From Mytilus edulis (Eukaryota), in assembly GCF_963676685.1 (NCBI RefSeq), contig NC_092345.1, positions 107,570,001 to 107,634,000 on the forward strand: 64,000 nt of DNA, given 5' to 3'. The notes beneath the pieces were generated by a model, which did not search any database, was not told where the DNA came from, and saw only the letters and a program-made list of their open reading frames with translations. Position 1 is the first letter of the stretch; the number at the start of each line of letters is the position of its first letter. Positions 62,499 through 64,000 of the stretch are shown here, in pieces. The position numbers were made by a program, and so were the translations under genes.

Positions 62499-63787
62499 GT
62501 ATGGCAAACACGACAACTATCCACTCAGACCTAAGGATTTCACTGTTTGGCAAACATGACAACTATCCACACAGACCTAAGGAGTTCACTGTGTGGCAAA
62601 CATGACAACTATCCACTCAGACCTAAGGATTTCACTGTGTGGCAAACATGACAACTATCCACACAGACCTAAGGAGTTCACTGTGTGGCAAACATGACAA
62701 CTATCCACTCAGACCTAAGGATTTCACTGTGTGGTAAACATGACAACTATCCACACAGACCTAAGGATTTCACTTTGTGGCAAACATGACAACTATCCAC
62801 ACAGACCTAAGGAGTTCACTGTGTGGCAGACACGACAAATTTCCACACAGACCTAAGGAGTTCACTGTGTGGCAAACATGACAACTATCCACACAGACCT
62901 AAGGAGTTCACTGTGTGGCAAACATGACAACTATCCACTCAGACCTAAGGAGTTCACTGTGTGGCAAACATGACAACTATCCACACAGACCTAAGGAGTT
63001 CACTGTGTGGCAAACATGACAACTATCCACTCAGACCTAAGGATTTCACTGTGTGGCAAACATGACAACTATCCACACAGACCTAAGGAGTTCACTGTGT
63101 GGCAAACATGACAACTATCCACTCAGACCTAAGGATTTCACTGTGTGGCAAACATGACAACTATCCACACAGACCTAAGGAGTTCACTGTGTGGCAAACA
63201 TGACAACTATCCACTCAGACCTAAGGATTTCACTTTGTGGCAAACATGACAACTATCCACACAGACCTAAGGAGTTCACTGTGTGGCAAACATGACAACT
63301 ATCCACTCAGACCTAAGGATTTCACTGTGTGGCAAACATGACAACTATCCACACAGACCTAAGGAGTTCACTGTGTGGCAAACATGACAACTATCCACTC
63401 AGACCTAAGGATTTCACTGTGTGGCAAACATGACAACTATCCACACAGACCTAAGGAGTTCACTGTGTGGCAAACATGACAACTATCCACTCAGACCTAA
63501 GGATTTCACTTTGTGGCAAACATGACAACTATCCACACAGACCTAAGGAGTTCACTGTGTGGCAGACACGACAAATTTCCACACAGACCTAAGGAGTTCA
63601 CTGTGTGGCAAACATGACAACTATCCACACAGACCTAAGGAGTTCACTGTGTGGCAAACATGACAACTATCCACTCAGACCTAAGGAGTTCACTGTGTGG
63701 CAAACATGACAACTATCCACACAGACCTAAGGAGTTCACTGTGTGGCAGACACGACAACTATCCACACAGACCTAAGGAGTTCACTG
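62499..63787. repeat. 46-bp minisatellite, ~28 units, with 92-bp dimeric higher-order pattern
   Basis: GTGTGGCAAACATGACAACTATCCAC(A/T)CAGACCTAAGGA(G/T)TTCACT; the ACAC/GAG and ACTC/GAT variants largely alternate. Confidence 0.95.
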
Positions 63788-64000
63788 CGTCGCCATCATT
63801 AATTAGCATAAAGAATATGTTATGGTTAAACATGTTTGTGCTGTTACTATTGTCCCAGGTGTATGTGTAGGGGGTCAGTGTTGATCAGTCTTTAGTTTTC
63901 AATGTTAAGTTTTTGTGTTTCATTTTTTGTTGCTGGAGAAAACCACCGACCTTCCATAGGAAAACTGACAATCCTTGTCAATTAAAATGGAGTCAAGTGC

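Overview
This is AT-rich, intron-rich eukaryotic DNA. The repeat families and retrozymes suggest a bivalve such as Mytilus (inference). Contents: (1) a long ORF for a coiled-coil plus C-terminal KCTD-type BTB protein, open at the window edge. (2) A complete + strand peroxisomal carnitine O-octanoyltransferase (CROT) gene, reconstructed by hand: 15 coding exons, 10859-28654, 620 aa, ending in the PTS1 signal AKL. Its catalytic-His exon is present as two diverged, intact 84-nt copies only 27 nt apart, which are candidate mutually exclusive active-site exons. At least six of its splice junctions are tandemly duplicated into the flanking introns. (3) An 11 x 356-bp non-LTR retrozyme array with a type I hammerhead in every unit and a second, degenerate hammerhead-like motif on the opposite strand. 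Nearby are a solo hammerhead, a second hammerhead family and a Penelope-like RT fragment. (4) Many non-autonomous DNA elements (CAC..GTG with 5-bp TSD, Mutator-like foldback with 9-bp TSD, Kolobok-like, HINE-like, long-hairpin), LINE fragments, tRNA-derived repeats and minisatellites. All coordinates were read by eye and no database searches were run.
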